A DNA stretch of 64,000 nt. Origin: Octopus vulgaris (Eukaryota). The stretch covers positions 13,330,001-13,394,000 of the forward strand of contig OX597841.1 in assembly GCA_951406725.2 (NCBI GenBank), written 5' to 3'. The notes under the pieces were generated by a model. The model ran no database searches and was not told the DNA's origin. It was given only the letters and a program-made list of their open reading frames with translations. Positions 26,575 through 39,910 of the stretch are shown piece by piece. How positions within the stretch are numbered: position 1 is the stretch's first letter; every line of letters begins with the position of its first letter. The translations under genes and the position numbers were made by a program.

Positions 26575-26657
26575 TAGGGGGTGTTGAAAAGATCCTGGCT
26601 TTGGGTAAAAGAAAATAGAGGAGGATCAGTTAATTATGACTTTATTCAACATATTCA
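26575..26657 (-). mobile_element. Mariner 3' terminal fragment (same family as 37700-37862)
   Basis: Reverse complement matches 37779-37860. Truncated by a SINE at 26661. Confidence 0.65.
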
Positions 26658-26660
26658 ACA

Positions 26661-26822
26661 GACGTAGGAGTGGCTGTGTGGTAAGTAGCTTGCTAACCAA
26701 CCACATGGTTCCGGGTTCAATCCCATTGCGTGGCATCTTGGGCAAGTGTCTTCTACTATAGCCCCAAGCCGACCAGAGCCTTGTGAGTGGATTTGGTAGA
26801 CGGAAACTGAAAGAAGCCTGTC

Positions 26823-26900
<78 letters not shown>

Positions 26901-27105
26901 CTGTGTGTGTGTCTGTGTTTGTCCCCCTAGCATTGCTTGACAACCGATGCTGGTGTGTTTACGTCCCCGTCACTTAGCGGTTCAGCAAAAGAGACCGATA
27001 GAATAAGTACTGGGCTTACAAAGAATAAGTCTCCGGGTCGATTTGCTCGACTAAAGGTGATGCTCCAGCATGGCCGCAGTCAAATGACTGAAACAAGTAA
27101 AAGAG
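26661..27105 (+). mobile_element. Full-length tRNA-derived CORE-type SINE (family 1, octopus OR-like); the most abundant repeat in the window
   Basis: A box tggctgtgtgg, B box gggttcaatccc, CORE-like cttgggcaagtg, internal (TA)n/(TG)n, tail gaaacaagtaaaagag. About 25 full or partial copies, e.g. 960, 4520, 5535, 9360, 12575, 13550, 14660, 15370-15790, 17095, 18650, 20575, 27455, 34440, 41726, 48985, 53715. Confidence 0.85.
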
Positions 27106-27909
27106 TATATTCCCTTCTCAGATCCACACACTTATTGCAGGGCTCCTTCAGTTTTTCTAAGCTCTGTAAAAGAACTTGGTGGGTGGGGCCTCTAAGCAGG
27201 CCTTTTATGATACCCTTAAAGCTAATGCAGTTGATTAGATGATCCCTGGTCCTCTGTCAGTCATTAATTATTATCTATTTATATAAATGTATGTATCACT
27301 AATTTAAAATATAGTGTTAGCCTGGTGTGCCAACAGATGACTTATGAAGTATTTTGCCTGGATTGATACTCACTCACTATTATCTATCTATCTATCTGTC
27401 TGTCTGTCTGTCTCTACCTACCTATCTTTCTCTATCTCTATTGTATATACATATATACGACAAGCTTCTTTCAGTTTCCGTCAACCAAATCCACTCACAA
27501 GGCTTTGGTCGGCCCAAGGCTATAGTAGAAGACACTTGCCCAAAGTGCTATGACGTGGAACTGAACCCAGAACCATGTGGTTGGGAAGCAAGCTACTTAC
27601 CACACAGCCATGCCTATAATAATAGTAATAATTGTTTGTAACATAGGCCCAAGACCTACAATGTTGATGAGATGGCGTTAATTAGTTTAATTAGCATCAT
27701 TGTTTGCAATACTTGACTGGAACTTCATTCCATCACTGGTACTTTATCCCCACCCCTTCCCCAGAAAGAAAAAAGGAAAAAAATGTATGAAAGGCACAAC
27801 TGACCTCAATAGAATTTGAACCCACAATGCAAAGAATCAGAACTGAACTGTTTTTTTTTTCTGATGCTCTGATTCTGAAATAGAATTGCAGTTATAGGAA
27901 ATATCTTTA

Positions 27910-28323
27910 GGGGCAGGAGTAGTTGTGTGGCAAGTAGCTTGCTTACCAACCACATGGTTCCGGGTTCAGTACCACTGTGTGGCACCTTGGGCAAGTGCCT
28001 TCTACTATAGCCTCGGGCCGACCAAAGCCTTGAGTGGATTTGGTAGACGGAAACTGAAAGAAGCCCATCATGTGTGTATGTATGTACGTGTATATATATA
28101 TATGTGTGTATGTATTTGTGTGTCTGTTTGTCCCCTCACTATTGCTTGACAGTCGATGTTGGTGTGTTTATGTCCCTGTAACTTAGCGGTTCTGCAAAAG
28201 GAACTGATAGAATAAATACTAGGCTTACAGAGAATAAATCCTGGCATCAGTTCGTTCGACAAAAGGTGGTGCTCCAGCATGGACGCAGTCAAATGCCTGA
28301 AACGAGTAAAAGAATAAAAGAAA
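27910..28323 (+). mobile_element. SINE family 1 copy
   Basis: Full head-to-tail match. Confidence 0.85.
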
Positions 28324-28449
28324 AGGCATTACTTATCACTCTAGCAATTATAATAATACTTACGAGGATGATAATTAGCATTTATAATTACCATAATTAG
28401 GACAATGAAGATGTGAGAATTAAAAAATAAAATAGAATAAAAAATTAGT

Positions 28450-28910
28450 CATTATTGCTATTATTATTATCATCATCATCATCATTATTATCATTATTAT
28501 TATTACTATTATTATTATTATTTTTATTATTATTATCATTATTATTATCATTATTATTATTATTATTATCATTATTATTATTATTATTATTATCATTATC
28601 ATCATCATTATTATTTTTATTATTATTATCATCATTATTATTATTATTATCATTATTATCATTATCATCATCATTATTATTATTATCATTATTATCATTA
28701 TCATCATCATTATTATTATTATCATTATTATTATTATCATCATTATTATTATCATTATTATTATTATCATTATCATCATCATTATTATTATTATTATTAT
28801 CATTATTATTATTATCATTATTATTATTATTATCATTATTATTATCATTATAATTATTATTATCATTATTATTACTATTATTATTATTATTATTATTATT
28901 GTTGTTGTTG
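28450..28910. repeat. (ATT/ATC)n trinucleotide tract
   Basis: Direct reading. Confidence 0.95.
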
Positions 28911-30455
28911 TTTGTGTTTTGGTAATGTTTGTGGGGAGGTAACTTTGTCTGGTTTCCCCCTCGTCACAGGTTGTGGGGAGATAACTTGACATTGGTTGTC
29001 AGCTGTTGTACACACACTTCTCCTCCCTCCCACTCTCCTCCTCCTCCTCTCACTGTTATTCAAGCCTGTAGAGTTTCTCTTGCCCCTCGCTGAAGCTGTC
29101 CTCCTCCTCTTCCCCCTACTGCCCCCACTATCATCATCATCATCATCACCACCAGTATCAATCAGTAAGGTTTAGTTATTATTAGGGCAAGCTGTGTCCC
29201 TCTTTTATGTATGTGTGTGTGTGGGTGGGTGGGTGTTAATATGTTTATGTATGTGTGTTTCTATATGCATGTTTGTATGTGTGTGTGGTGTTTATATCTG
29301 TGTGTTTATATCTATGTATGTATGTGTGTGTGTGTGTTTATATTTGTGTTTGTTTATATATGTGTTTATATCTATCTATCTATGTGTGTGTGTGTGTTTA
29401 TATTTGTGTATGTAGTGTGTGTGTGTGTGCTTATATCTATGTGTGTGTGTGTGTGTGTTTATATTTGTGTGTTTGTTTATGTCTGTATGTGTGTTTATAT
29501 CTATGTGTGTGTTTATATCTATGTCTGTGCATGTGTGTTTATATCTATATATGTGTGTGTGTGTGTTTCTATTTATATGTAAGTATGTTCTTTGGTATGT
29601 AAGTTTTCTCCCCCCCCCTCTGCCAGAATCGAAGCCATTCTCCTGCAGAATGTGACAAGCGTCTTTTGTTTTCACTCAAGACATCTCCTGGGATTTGCCC
29701 TTATCAGATTTAGTTGGGGTGTGTGTGTGTGTATGTTTAGATAAACTTGTACTCAATGTTTTGAGTATCACTTTAATATACAACTGTGTGTGTATATGCA
29801 CCTTATTACAGCTTGTGTGTGTGTGTGTGTATATTTGTGTTTGTGCATGTATATATGTATATATTGTGTGTCAGCTTCTGTTGTGTGTGTGTGTACACAT
29901 GTATGTATATATTTAACACTTTAACCTAGATATATAATATATAAACACTTGAACATGGATGTTGACCCCTTTTTAGCCCCTTTTTTTCTTAATAGTACAT
30001 CTCATTTTCCTATTTAAATATTCCCCCCCCCCCCGAAAGAAATAGGGTCGGCAGAGCATCCTTTACTTATTTACTATGCAACCAGAAATTCATTATCTGA
30101 TGTCATTCTCTAAGACCCTGGGGTGTGACTTGAGGGAGATTTTGGTCCCTATTTCTTGCAAGGTCAGCTTATAGATATCACTGGACGAAATGGGGCCAAC
30201 AGACCCACACTGGAGGGCAGGGTTGGAATAAGGATTTAGACCCCAAGAGAAAAGAGAACTATAGGGGGAACTGGCATTGACCACTTTCTGCACCACTGGC
30301 ATGGGAGCCAGCCAGGGGCCACTGGCATCAACCATGTTTTGGTTGGTGCATTTTACATGGCGCCAGCATGGAAGCCAATCAGGGGGCACTGGTCACAGCT
30401 ATGATTTCAATTTTGACTCAACAGGTCTTCTCAAGCATATCATATCACCCGACTC

Positions 30456-30669
30456 TTAACCCTTTCGTTACTGACCCTGACTCTGTAGTACAAATGTCTT
30501 GTTTTCATAAGTTTTGCATGAAAATATACCACCAAACCTTAGTTGCAATTTATATTCCTAACACTAGCTTAATGATAACGAAGTTATTTTACTAAATTCT
30601 TTCTTATATTTAAAGTAATTGAAAGAAACACAGAGCATCTCAACAGAAATACGGTAACAAAAGAGTTAA
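30456..30669. mobile_element. TTAA-flanked MITE (piggyBac-type ends)
   Basis: ttaaccctttcgttact...gtaacaaaagagttaa. An inverted relative lies at 37199-37426 and a diverged one at ~8471-8680. Confidence 0.7.
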
Positions 30670-30719
30670 ATGGCCCTGGACATGCAACACTGGCATCAGC
30701 CCTGGCTGTGATCTCACTC

Positions 30720-30930
30720 TACTTGCCGGATCTTCTCAATCACAGCATATCTCCAAAGGTCTTGGTCTCCTGTCATTGCCTCTGTGAGGCCCAGTGTTCA
30801 AAGGTCATGCTCCACCACTTCATCCTATGTCTTCCTGGGTCTACTTCTTCCACAGGTTCCTTCCACAATTAGGGTGTGGCACTTCCTCACACAGCTGACC
30901 TCATCCATGCGTAACACATGACCACACCAC
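30720..30930 (-). mobile_element. RTE LINE C-terminal remnant
   Basis: Minus strand WCGHVLRMDE...VEGTCGRSRPRKT*DEVVEHDL, containing stops. Confidence 0.7.
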
Positions 30931-31599
30931 AACAGACATCAGTTATCACAACACCTCTACTAGCACCAAAACTGCAGCATAACTGTATTAACCACTATGC
31001 CTATTTCTTTATTAACCACAAGGAGCTAAACACAGAGGGGACAAACAAGGACAGACAAACGGATTAAGTCGATCACATCGACCCCAGTGCGTATCGACCC
31101 CGAAAGGATAAGTCGACCTTGGCAGAATTTGAACTAAGAACGTAGCGGCAGACGAAATACCGCTAGGCATTTCACCCGGTGTGCTAACGATTCTGCCAGC
31201 TTGCCGCCTTTTTTTAACCACTATGCCTGTACTGCCTCCACCATAACAACACCACGATACCTATACTACCACTCATACTGCAGCTGCAGTACCACTAATA
31301 CCACTACAGATACACAAATCCCAAACATTATAGTACCAACACCATTATCACTAGTACTATCGCCCACACTGTAGCAGCCTCCCTCATTGCTACTACAGAT
31401 GTACTATCACCTGAACCAGTGACACCAACCAGTGCAAGTGTACCACTGTTAATGCAGCGACCATTATTTATAGTTTTGTAGTGGTGCAGGTCGCAGTATA
31501 GTAGTACGCTGGTAGCATTGGTGGTACCGTTGTAGCGTAGTTGTTGTTGGCAGTGCTGCTGTAGTGTTGGTAGTGGTACTAATTGTAGTTTGTGATAGC

Positions 31600-32895
31600 T
31601 GGAATGATTGCGAAGGTAGTTGTGGTGGTAGTGGTAGTGGTGGTAGTGGTTGCAATCGTAGCAGTGGTCTGATGATAAGGAAGAGGAATGTGGTGGTGGT
31701 GGTGGTAGTGGTAGCAACTGTAGGTCATTAGAATAATTATAATAGCTGTGATGATGATTACGATGATGATGATGTTAACGATATTGTTGATGATGATGAT
31801 GATGGAGAAGGCGGAGAGTAAGGGTGTCGTTAATATGATCGTTATAATAGTTATATTGATTATATTCGCAACGATGATGATGATGATGATGATGGTGATG
31901 ATGATGGTTATTAAATGATATTGACGATGATGCTGACGAGCAGCGGTGGTGGTGGTGGTGGTGGCAGGCTAACGATTATTATTATAATGGCATGGATGGC
32001 TACAATGATAATATTATTAACGATGCCGTTGATGATGCCAATGGGAGGAGGAGGAGGAGGAGGGTTACAGTGGTGGTGGTGGCAAGTTAATACGATGCTT
32101 ATTACAATGGTATTGATTACTATGATGATGATGATGATGATGATGGTGATGGTATTACAGGCAGTGGTAGTTAGAATGGTTATTATAATAAACATTGATC
32201 ACTGATGATGATGATGATGATGATTGGTAGTAGTAGTAGTAGTAGTATTAATGGTGGTGGTGGTGATGGTTAATAATACAATGATAGCTGTATTACCAGC
32301 CACTATGGCAATGGTTAGGAATAGTGATGGGTGTGGTGGTGGTGGTGGTGATAGAGCTGATGATGATGATGATAATGATGGCTAATGGAATGATTACAAT
32401 AGCACCGATGCTATGATGATGATGATGATGATGATGATGGTTGGTGGTGGTGGTTGGTGGTTGTGATGACCAATGGAATCGTTGCAATACCATTAATGAT
32501 TAGGGTGATAAGAATAAGGGCAGTGGTGGAAGGTGGTGGTGGTGGTGGTGGTGGTGGTGGTGATGGTGGCGGTGGTTGGTGGAGATGATGAAGATGGTGG
32601 TGTGGTTGGTGGTGGCAGTGGTGGTGTAGATAGACAGCAGGGCTGGTGGTGGTGGTGGTGGTGGTGGCAAAGACTAGTGGTAGTGATGGTAATGGTGGAG
32701 GGAATGCTAGTCAAGGTGGTGGTAATGGTGGTGGTGGTGATGGTGGCAATGATGGTGGTGGATGATGATGGTGGTGGCAAAGACTAGTGGTAGTGATGGT
32801 AATGGTGGAGGGAATGCTAGTCAAGGTGGTGGTAATGGTAGTGGTGGTGATGGTGGCAAGAGCCAAAGTGCTGGTGGTGGTGGTGGTGGTGGTTA
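31600..32895. repeat. (GAT/GGT)n low-complexity block with an internal ~85-bp duplication (32663 and 32773)
   Basis: Direct reading. Confidence 0.9.
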
Positions 32896-33019
32896 ATAAG
32901 GATGAGAGGAAATTAATCAGAATCAACAAAATAGTAATTGTCTTGCCAGTTGTTTGTACGACCAATTGTTTCATATGAAATGAATGATTATTCTCTATGT
33001 ACGTACGTACGTACGTGTG

Positions 33020-33435
33020 TATATATATATACTTATGTGTATATGTATGTATCTGTATATATACACTTGTGTGTGTGTGTGTGTATATATATATATACTT
33101 GTGTGTGTATATGTATATATATATATATACTTGTGTGTATATGTATATATATATATATACTTGTGTGTATATGTATATATATATATATACTTGTGTGTAT
33201 ATGTATATATATATACTTGTGTGTATATGTATATATATATACTTGTGTGTATATGTATATATATATATATATATACTTGTGTGTATATGTATATATATAT
33301 ATATATATACTTGTGTGTATATGTATATACTTGTGTGTATATATATATACTTGTGTGTATATATATATACTTGTGTGTATATATATATACTTGTGTGTAT
33401 ATATATGTATACACACACACACACACACACACTTG
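33020..33435. repeat. Minisatellite (ta)n-cttgtgtgta
   Basis: About 14 units. Confidence 0.9.
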
Positions 33436-33611
33436 TAAAGTCATCATGCCACTTGCAAGACTATGACACCTGAGGGAGTTTGCTTTGTGTTAGAAGATGA
33501 GGGTTAAAATATAAGAAAGGGCCAAATCAGAACATGTACCTTGTTATTGAGGGACCACATGACTAAGGTTTTAGCATGTGTGTGTATATATGAACATATA
33601 TATGTACACAC

Positions 33612-33646
<35 letters not shown>

Positions 33647-33908
33647 GAAATGACACAGGAAAGCCAAATGGATTTCATTAGCTTACAGTTGTTTCTGCTA
33701 TAAAATGCAATGGACTCTCAGTTGAGTGCCTGAGTAACACCTTATAGTTTCTGCAGAGCCTCAAATATGAAATGCAATTTATATGGAGAAAAATGAATTG
33801 CCTTTGCGCAAAATGCAAGTAAAGCATTATTGGTGAGGAATTCTTTGTTGATGTATATTAAGAAAAAGGGGTGTGTCAAAAAAGCAATTTTATTTATTAA
33901 TGTGTGTG

Positions 33909-33940
<32 letters not shown>

Positions 33941-34099
33941 GGACCATAAACAAAACTTGACTTAAACAGGATTCAAACAATCCTATCAAGTGGTGCTATT
34001 AAGTTAGACATGGCCTGGACCAATCATTGGTCGAAACATATCTAAGTTTATCTAAGTTTATGTCCTGTTATTATTATTATTATTATTTTATTGTATTTT

Positions 34100-34403
34100 T
34101 GTATTTATATTTGTGTAACATTGTCTGTTTTCCATCCTTGCTTTTGTATACATTCGCTGCTTTCTTCCAAGGAATCTAATGCTCTTAGCTTAGTTTTTCC
34201 TTGGGGCTGGCCAGATTGGAGCAATCTCAAGAATAATCAGCCAAAATTGCGAGGATGATTCGGTTCTTGACTGAAGATTAAAGGCTTCGAATGACCCGTC
34301 CGTGTTTTTTTTGTATTGTGTATCTGGATGTTTTGTTGTCGCTTTTTGTATCACCTAGTTATCCGGATATTTTGCGTTCTTGTCCCATTTTGTATTTCAT
34401 TTT
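34100..34403 (+). mobile_element. Dispersed older copy of the same TA/CA-targeting element 3' region, including the hammerhead-like motif (34205-34290)
   Basis: ggctggccagattggagcaatctcaagaataatcagccaaaattgcgaggatgattcggttcttgactgaagattaaaggcttcgaatg aligns with the minus strand of the array unit. It ends in cgttcttgtcccattttgtattt followed by microsatellite. Confidence 0.75.
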
Positions 34404-34879
34404 ATACACACACACACACACACACACATACACACATTTATTCTTATTTTAGTCATTTTGATTGCAGTCATGCTGGAGCACTGCCTTTAAGGATTTTTAG
34501 TTGAAGCAATCAACCCCAGGACTTAGTCTTTGTAAGCTTAGTACTTATTCTATCAGTCTCTTTTGCTGAACCACTAAGTTACAGGAACGTAGACACACCA
34601 ACATCGGTTGTCAAGCAATGATGGGAGGACACACACACACATAAATGAATATACTACAATGGGCTTCTTTCAGTTTCCGTCTACCAAATCCACTCACAAG
34701 GCTTTGGTCAGCCAGAACTATGTTGTGGTGAAGCAAGATACACATACACACACACACGCACACACTTGCAGCTCTATAATTAGAAAATCTTCCTGGCTGC
34801 TATTGGAATGCACCACATCTGGTAGATTGTAAAAATGATTATAAAAATAGCAAGAGATAGATACACATGACCATAAACA

Positions 34880-35345
34880 GTAGACTCATAGTCCATATCA
34901 GCAAGATATTCAATCTGTCACTCCTTTGTGTTCCCTCTTTTACGGTACGTCTCCAATCTCCACAGTTTCTGGCAACCGCTACCCAGTTGCTAATATTGTT
35001 GTGGCAGGCCTTCATGTCCCTTTTGCAGACATCCTTGCACCGTAAGAACGGTCTTCCAACAGACCTAGTGCCCCTAGCAAGCTCTCCGTAGAGTATGTCC
35101 TTGGGGATTTTGCCATCTTCCGTACAACTAACATCTCCAAGTCATCTCATATGTCTTTGTGTGAGGAGTCAAAACATGCTTGGTATTCCTGCTTGCTTGA
35201 GGACATCTTTGTTGGGGACACAATCCTGCCATTTGATGCCAAGAATTTGACAGAGGCAGTGCAGGGGAAAGATATTTAGGCAATGCTCTTGGCACATGTG
35301 TATGGCATCCAGGTCTCACTGCCATACAGTAGAGTGCTAAGTACA
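34880..35345 (-). mobile_element. RTE (BovB-like) LINE 3' fragment
   Basis: Minus-strand translation pieces LCQILGIKWQDCVPNKDVLKQAGIPSM and EDGKIPKDILYGELARGTRSVGRPFLRCKDVCKRDMK. Confidence 0.8.
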
Positions 35346-36235
35346 TACATACATACATATCACACTGCAGAAATGCAGTTATCATTGGCATTAACATAGA
35401 AACTTAAAGTCCTGTGTGGGAGTCATTATAACTGTATCATTTAATGATATGCATATATTTTATGTGCTTTTGATGTCATTTGTCTACATACCTCTGGTTG
35501 ACTGTGATGAGTTGTTTCAGAGGTGAAGCAATATCTGGTGCTGAAGAGCAGAAATGACCATGAAATATTAATATTTGTTACTCTCGTTCACTTCTGGGGC
35601 AATTTCATTTCACCTATATTTGGGGTATTCAGTATTTTTTTTCAACACAATACTTCTTTGAAAGGGCTTTGTGGTATATCAATGTGATGTTAATATATTA
35701 TCAATATCACATTGTGATATTAATAATATTCTTGTGTATGTGTGTATACATACATGCATTTGCATATACAAGTTTATATGTGTATGTATATATATGTGTG
35801 TGTGTGTGTGTATCCATACATATATATATATATACTCATGCATTTGCACATACCTGTTTCTCTGTGTGTGTGTGTGTATACATACACACACATTTGCATG
35901 TATGTGTTTGTGTGTGTGTGTGTATTTATTTAAAAATCTATGTATTTGAAACTACTCCATTTTAATACACACACACACACACATGTTGATATAAGTGGCT
36001 CGTGTGTATAAAAATAACTTGGATGTGTGTCTGCATATGTAAATATACACATAGACACAGGTACATGCGCGCAAATACATACTTAAACACGCACATATTT
36101 AGACATGCATATATCTGTGTGTGTGTGTGTGTGTATAAATATACATAAATTCCTCTATATAGAAATATTCCTATGAAAGTAGTGTTATGATCTGCTCTTG
36201 GTCTTGATGGCTAAATTGAAAAGAATATACACACA

Positions 36236-36281
<46 letters not shown>

Positions 36282-36410
36282 TATATCCACATCTCCATAC
36301 ATGCAGTGGGTGTCCTATTTCTGCTTCTTATCTTTCTACCATATGAGAAAAATCATTAAGTTTATCTTCACTTATTTATGTGTGTGGGTGTGTATGTATG
36401 TATGTATGTA

Positions 36411-36445
<35 letters not shown>

Positions 36446-36738
36446 GTGGGAGTGTGTGTGTGTTCTAGAATTGACTCAATTATACCTGCTTCCTGTTTCC
36501 AAAATAGCCTACGTACTTAAGAAAGGAAGAACCACCATAGTCATCATCATCACCACTATTACTCTCATCGTCACCATCTTAATCACCATCATAATCATCA
36601 TTATCACAATCACCATTATCATATCTTCATTACTTCTACCACCACCACCACCATCATAATTTCACTTCCGTCTTAGTTTTCTTCTAACTGACTTGGGCTG
36701 AATACATCTCGCAGTATTTCACTTGTTGCAGTCCTCCA

Positions 36739-36772
<34 letters not shown>

Positions 36773-37198
36773 TATACCTTGTCATCATTGATGCACTTTA
36801 GTGGCCATTTCTGACCTGTCTAACGAGACTCTTCTACCTTACCCTAACCCCTCCACTCATCTTTTCCTTCGACATGACGTTTTGCAGCTGATGCCTTTTC
36901 CTACCACCAACCGTTTTACAATGCGATATTATCAACATTCTTATTGTTTCCGTTGTTTTGTCCAAGCTGTTCCCCATGTTTCACCCAGAGATGTCAAGAA
37001 ATGACAAGCTGGACATTTTACTATTAGTGCCATTTCTGAGTTCCATTGAGGCGAAATACTGAGAATTAGCATTTTGGTAAAACAAAGTTTGCAATTTTGA
37101 TTTTTAAAAGATTCCTATCGTTTCAAATTGATAATGTTTTTCTGAGGGTTTCTTGTAGTTCTGACAGTTTTGGGTTTCCTGTTATTTGGTCATAATGT

Positions 37199-37426
37199 TT
37201 AACCCTTTCGTTACTGAATTTATTTTGAGATGCTCAGTGTTTCTTCCAATTATGTTAAATATAACAAAGAATTAAGTAAAATAACATCGTTATCATTAAG
37301 CTAGAGTTAGGGACATAAATTGTGACTAAGGTTTGCTGGAGGATTTTAATTCAGAACTTTTGAAAACCAGACATTTGTACTAAAGAGCCAGAGCCGGTTT
37401 CAGCCGGGTTGGTAACAAAAGGGTTA
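37199..37426. mobile_element. TTAA-flanked MITE (same family as 30456)
   Basis: ttaaccctttcgttact...gtaacaaaagggttaa. Confidence 0.7.
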
Positions 37427-37699
37427 AGACCATGATTTCGTATTACCTCCATCCCCAAAACTCCAGTGATTACTGGTACAATTGTTCTGCTAGGCCATAC
37501 TTTTGAAACAAGGTGTTAAGCTGACAGAATCCTTAGCACACCCCAAGCAAAATGCTTAGCATTTCGCCATCCTTACAGTCTGAGTTCAAATTCTGCAGAG
37601 GTCGACTTTGCCTTTCATCCTTTCAGAGTTGATAAAATAAGCACCAGTTAGTTTAGCCCTGGGGTCAATGCAATCAACTTACTCCATCCTCGAAACTGA

Positions 37700-37862
37700 A
37701 GGGGCAATCTTCCGAGTTCTTGTACAGGGTTTAGAAAAACTGAAGGACCGCTGCAATAAGTGTGTGAATCTGAGAAGGGAATATGTTGGATAAAATCATA
37801 ATTAACTGATCCTCCTCTATTTCCTTTTACCCAAAGCCAGGAACTTTTCAGCACACCCTCGT
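37700..37862 (+). mobile_element. Mariner 3' end (transposase C-terminus plus TIR)
   Basis: QGLEKLKDRCNKCVNLRREYVG* followed by ...ccaggaacttttcagcacaccctcgt. Confidence 0.65.
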
Positions 37863-38089
37863 GTGTGTGTGTGTGTATATATATTTTAATGTATGTACAT
37901 GTTTGTGTTTACTATATTTTTCTCCGTCATTTCTAATTCAAAATAAATACATAAACCAGCCATCCAACCGGCCGACCAACCAGTACTAGTTGTACCAATG
38001 TACCGAGAGGTATGAAGTCATGTGGAAACCATTGAGCTGAGAGAAGGTAGGAGAGTGGGGGGGATGAACTCACGTAGACAAAATATACT

Positions 38090-38650
38090 GTAGCTGGATC
38101 TGGTAGAAATAGCAGCCAAATCTCCCTCGGATCACACCCTACTGTCTTATGTATGAGCCAGTAAGGGAAACCTCTACATGGTAGCTATAGCTGGTAGAAA
38201 TAGCAGCCAAATCTCCCTCAAATCACACCCTACTGTCTTATCTATGTATATATGTATGTATGAGCCAATGAGGGAGACATCTACATGGTAGGATGACCTG
38301 GTAGAAATAGCAGCCAAATCTCCCTCAAATCACACCCTACTCTCTTATCTATGTATATATGTATGTATGAGCCAATGAGGGAGACCTCTACGTGGTAGCT
38401 AGACCTGGTAGAAATAGCAGCCAAATCTCCCTCAAATCACACCCTACTCTCTTATCTATGTATATATGTATGTATGAGCCAATGAGGGAGACCTCTATAT
38501 GGTAGCTAGATCTGGTAGAAATAGCAGCCAAATCTCCCTCAAATCACACCCTACTCTCTTATCTATGTATATATGTATGTATGAGCCAATGAGGGAGACC
38601 TCTACATGGTAGCTAGACCTGGTAGAAATAACAGCCAAATCTCCCTCCAG
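38090..38650 (-). repeat. Same ~107-bp satellite in reverse orientation (5-6 units)
   Basis: tggtagaaatagcagccaaatctccctc at 38101, 38192, 38299, 38406, 38513 and 38620. Confidence 0.9.
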
Positions 38651-38910
38651 TCACACTGTATAACCTTCAAAAAAATCAAAGGGCACATTGAGTAGTGAAG
38701 TTGCTGGTGTATATAAAGAGATGGGTTGGTCATAACTGGAATGTCTGGGGTTGAACAACAGAATTTTATATGAATATTTAGCTTGATGAAGATTAATGTT
38801 GATGAAATCAATGATTTATGTGACTGATGCAATCATGTGATGTGCACCATAGCTGCATGTATCAATGAAGCACGTGCAGAAAGTGCATACGCTCACATAG
38901 CCTCTCTCTT

Positions 38911-38952
<42 letters not shown>

Positions 38953-39279
38953 AAATATATACATATACAATCGTTCATGTGTGTGTGTGTGTGTATATAT
39001 ATTTGAGTGTGTGTGCATTTGTATTTGTGGGTGTATATATGTGTACCTGTGCATTTCTGTGTGTGTGTGCACTCATTTGTGTATAGACGTGTATTTGTTT
39101 GCCTTTATAGATGTGTATGTGCATTTATATATATATAAATATTTATATATGTATGTATGTATGTGTGCATGCACACACCACACACACAGATACTCATACT
39201 CCTTGCACTATGGCCATGGCAGCCGATGTCTTTCCATCTTTACATTGTCTTCCCATATGCAAACTTCTTATCACATAAC

Positions 39280-39366
<87 letters not shown>

Positions 39367-39369
<3 letters not shown>

Positions 39370-39857
39370 AGCCGAAAGTGTGAGGATGATCCGGTTCTTG
39401 ACTAAAGATTAGAGGCTTCGAATGACCTGTCCGTTTTTTGTGTCGTCTCTTTGAGTGTTTTGCGTTCTTGTCCCATTTTGTATTTTTATATATATATTTT
39501 TATACTTTTATATATATATATATATAAGAAAACTCCAAATGACCCATCTTTGTTTTTACTTGTCCCTTTTTGTATCATCTGTCAGGATATTTTGTTGTTG
39601 CCTGTTGCGGTCTTGTCCCAATTTTGGGGATTTTGTTTATATATATATATATAGCAGCGTACATACACTTTGGTCTTTCTCTGTCTCTCTAGCTGAAATT
39701 GTGAAGATGATCTGGCTCTTGACTGAAGATAAAAGGCTTCGAATGACCCGTCCTTGTTTTCTTTGTATCGTCTATCTGGATGTTTTGTTGTCCCTTTTTG
39801 TATCACCTAGTTGTCCGGATGTTTTGCATTCTTGTCCCATTTTGTATCTTATTTTAT
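39367..39857 (+). mobile_element. Three consecutive 5'-truncated 3'-end fragments of the same element, each ending in (TA)n
   Basis: Fragments at ~39367-39487, ~39530-39638 and ~39690-39857 share (ttcgaa)tgacc...cttgtccca motifs and are separated by (TA)n. Confidence 0.75.
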
Positions 39858-39860
39858 ACA

Positions 39861-39910
<50 letters not shown>

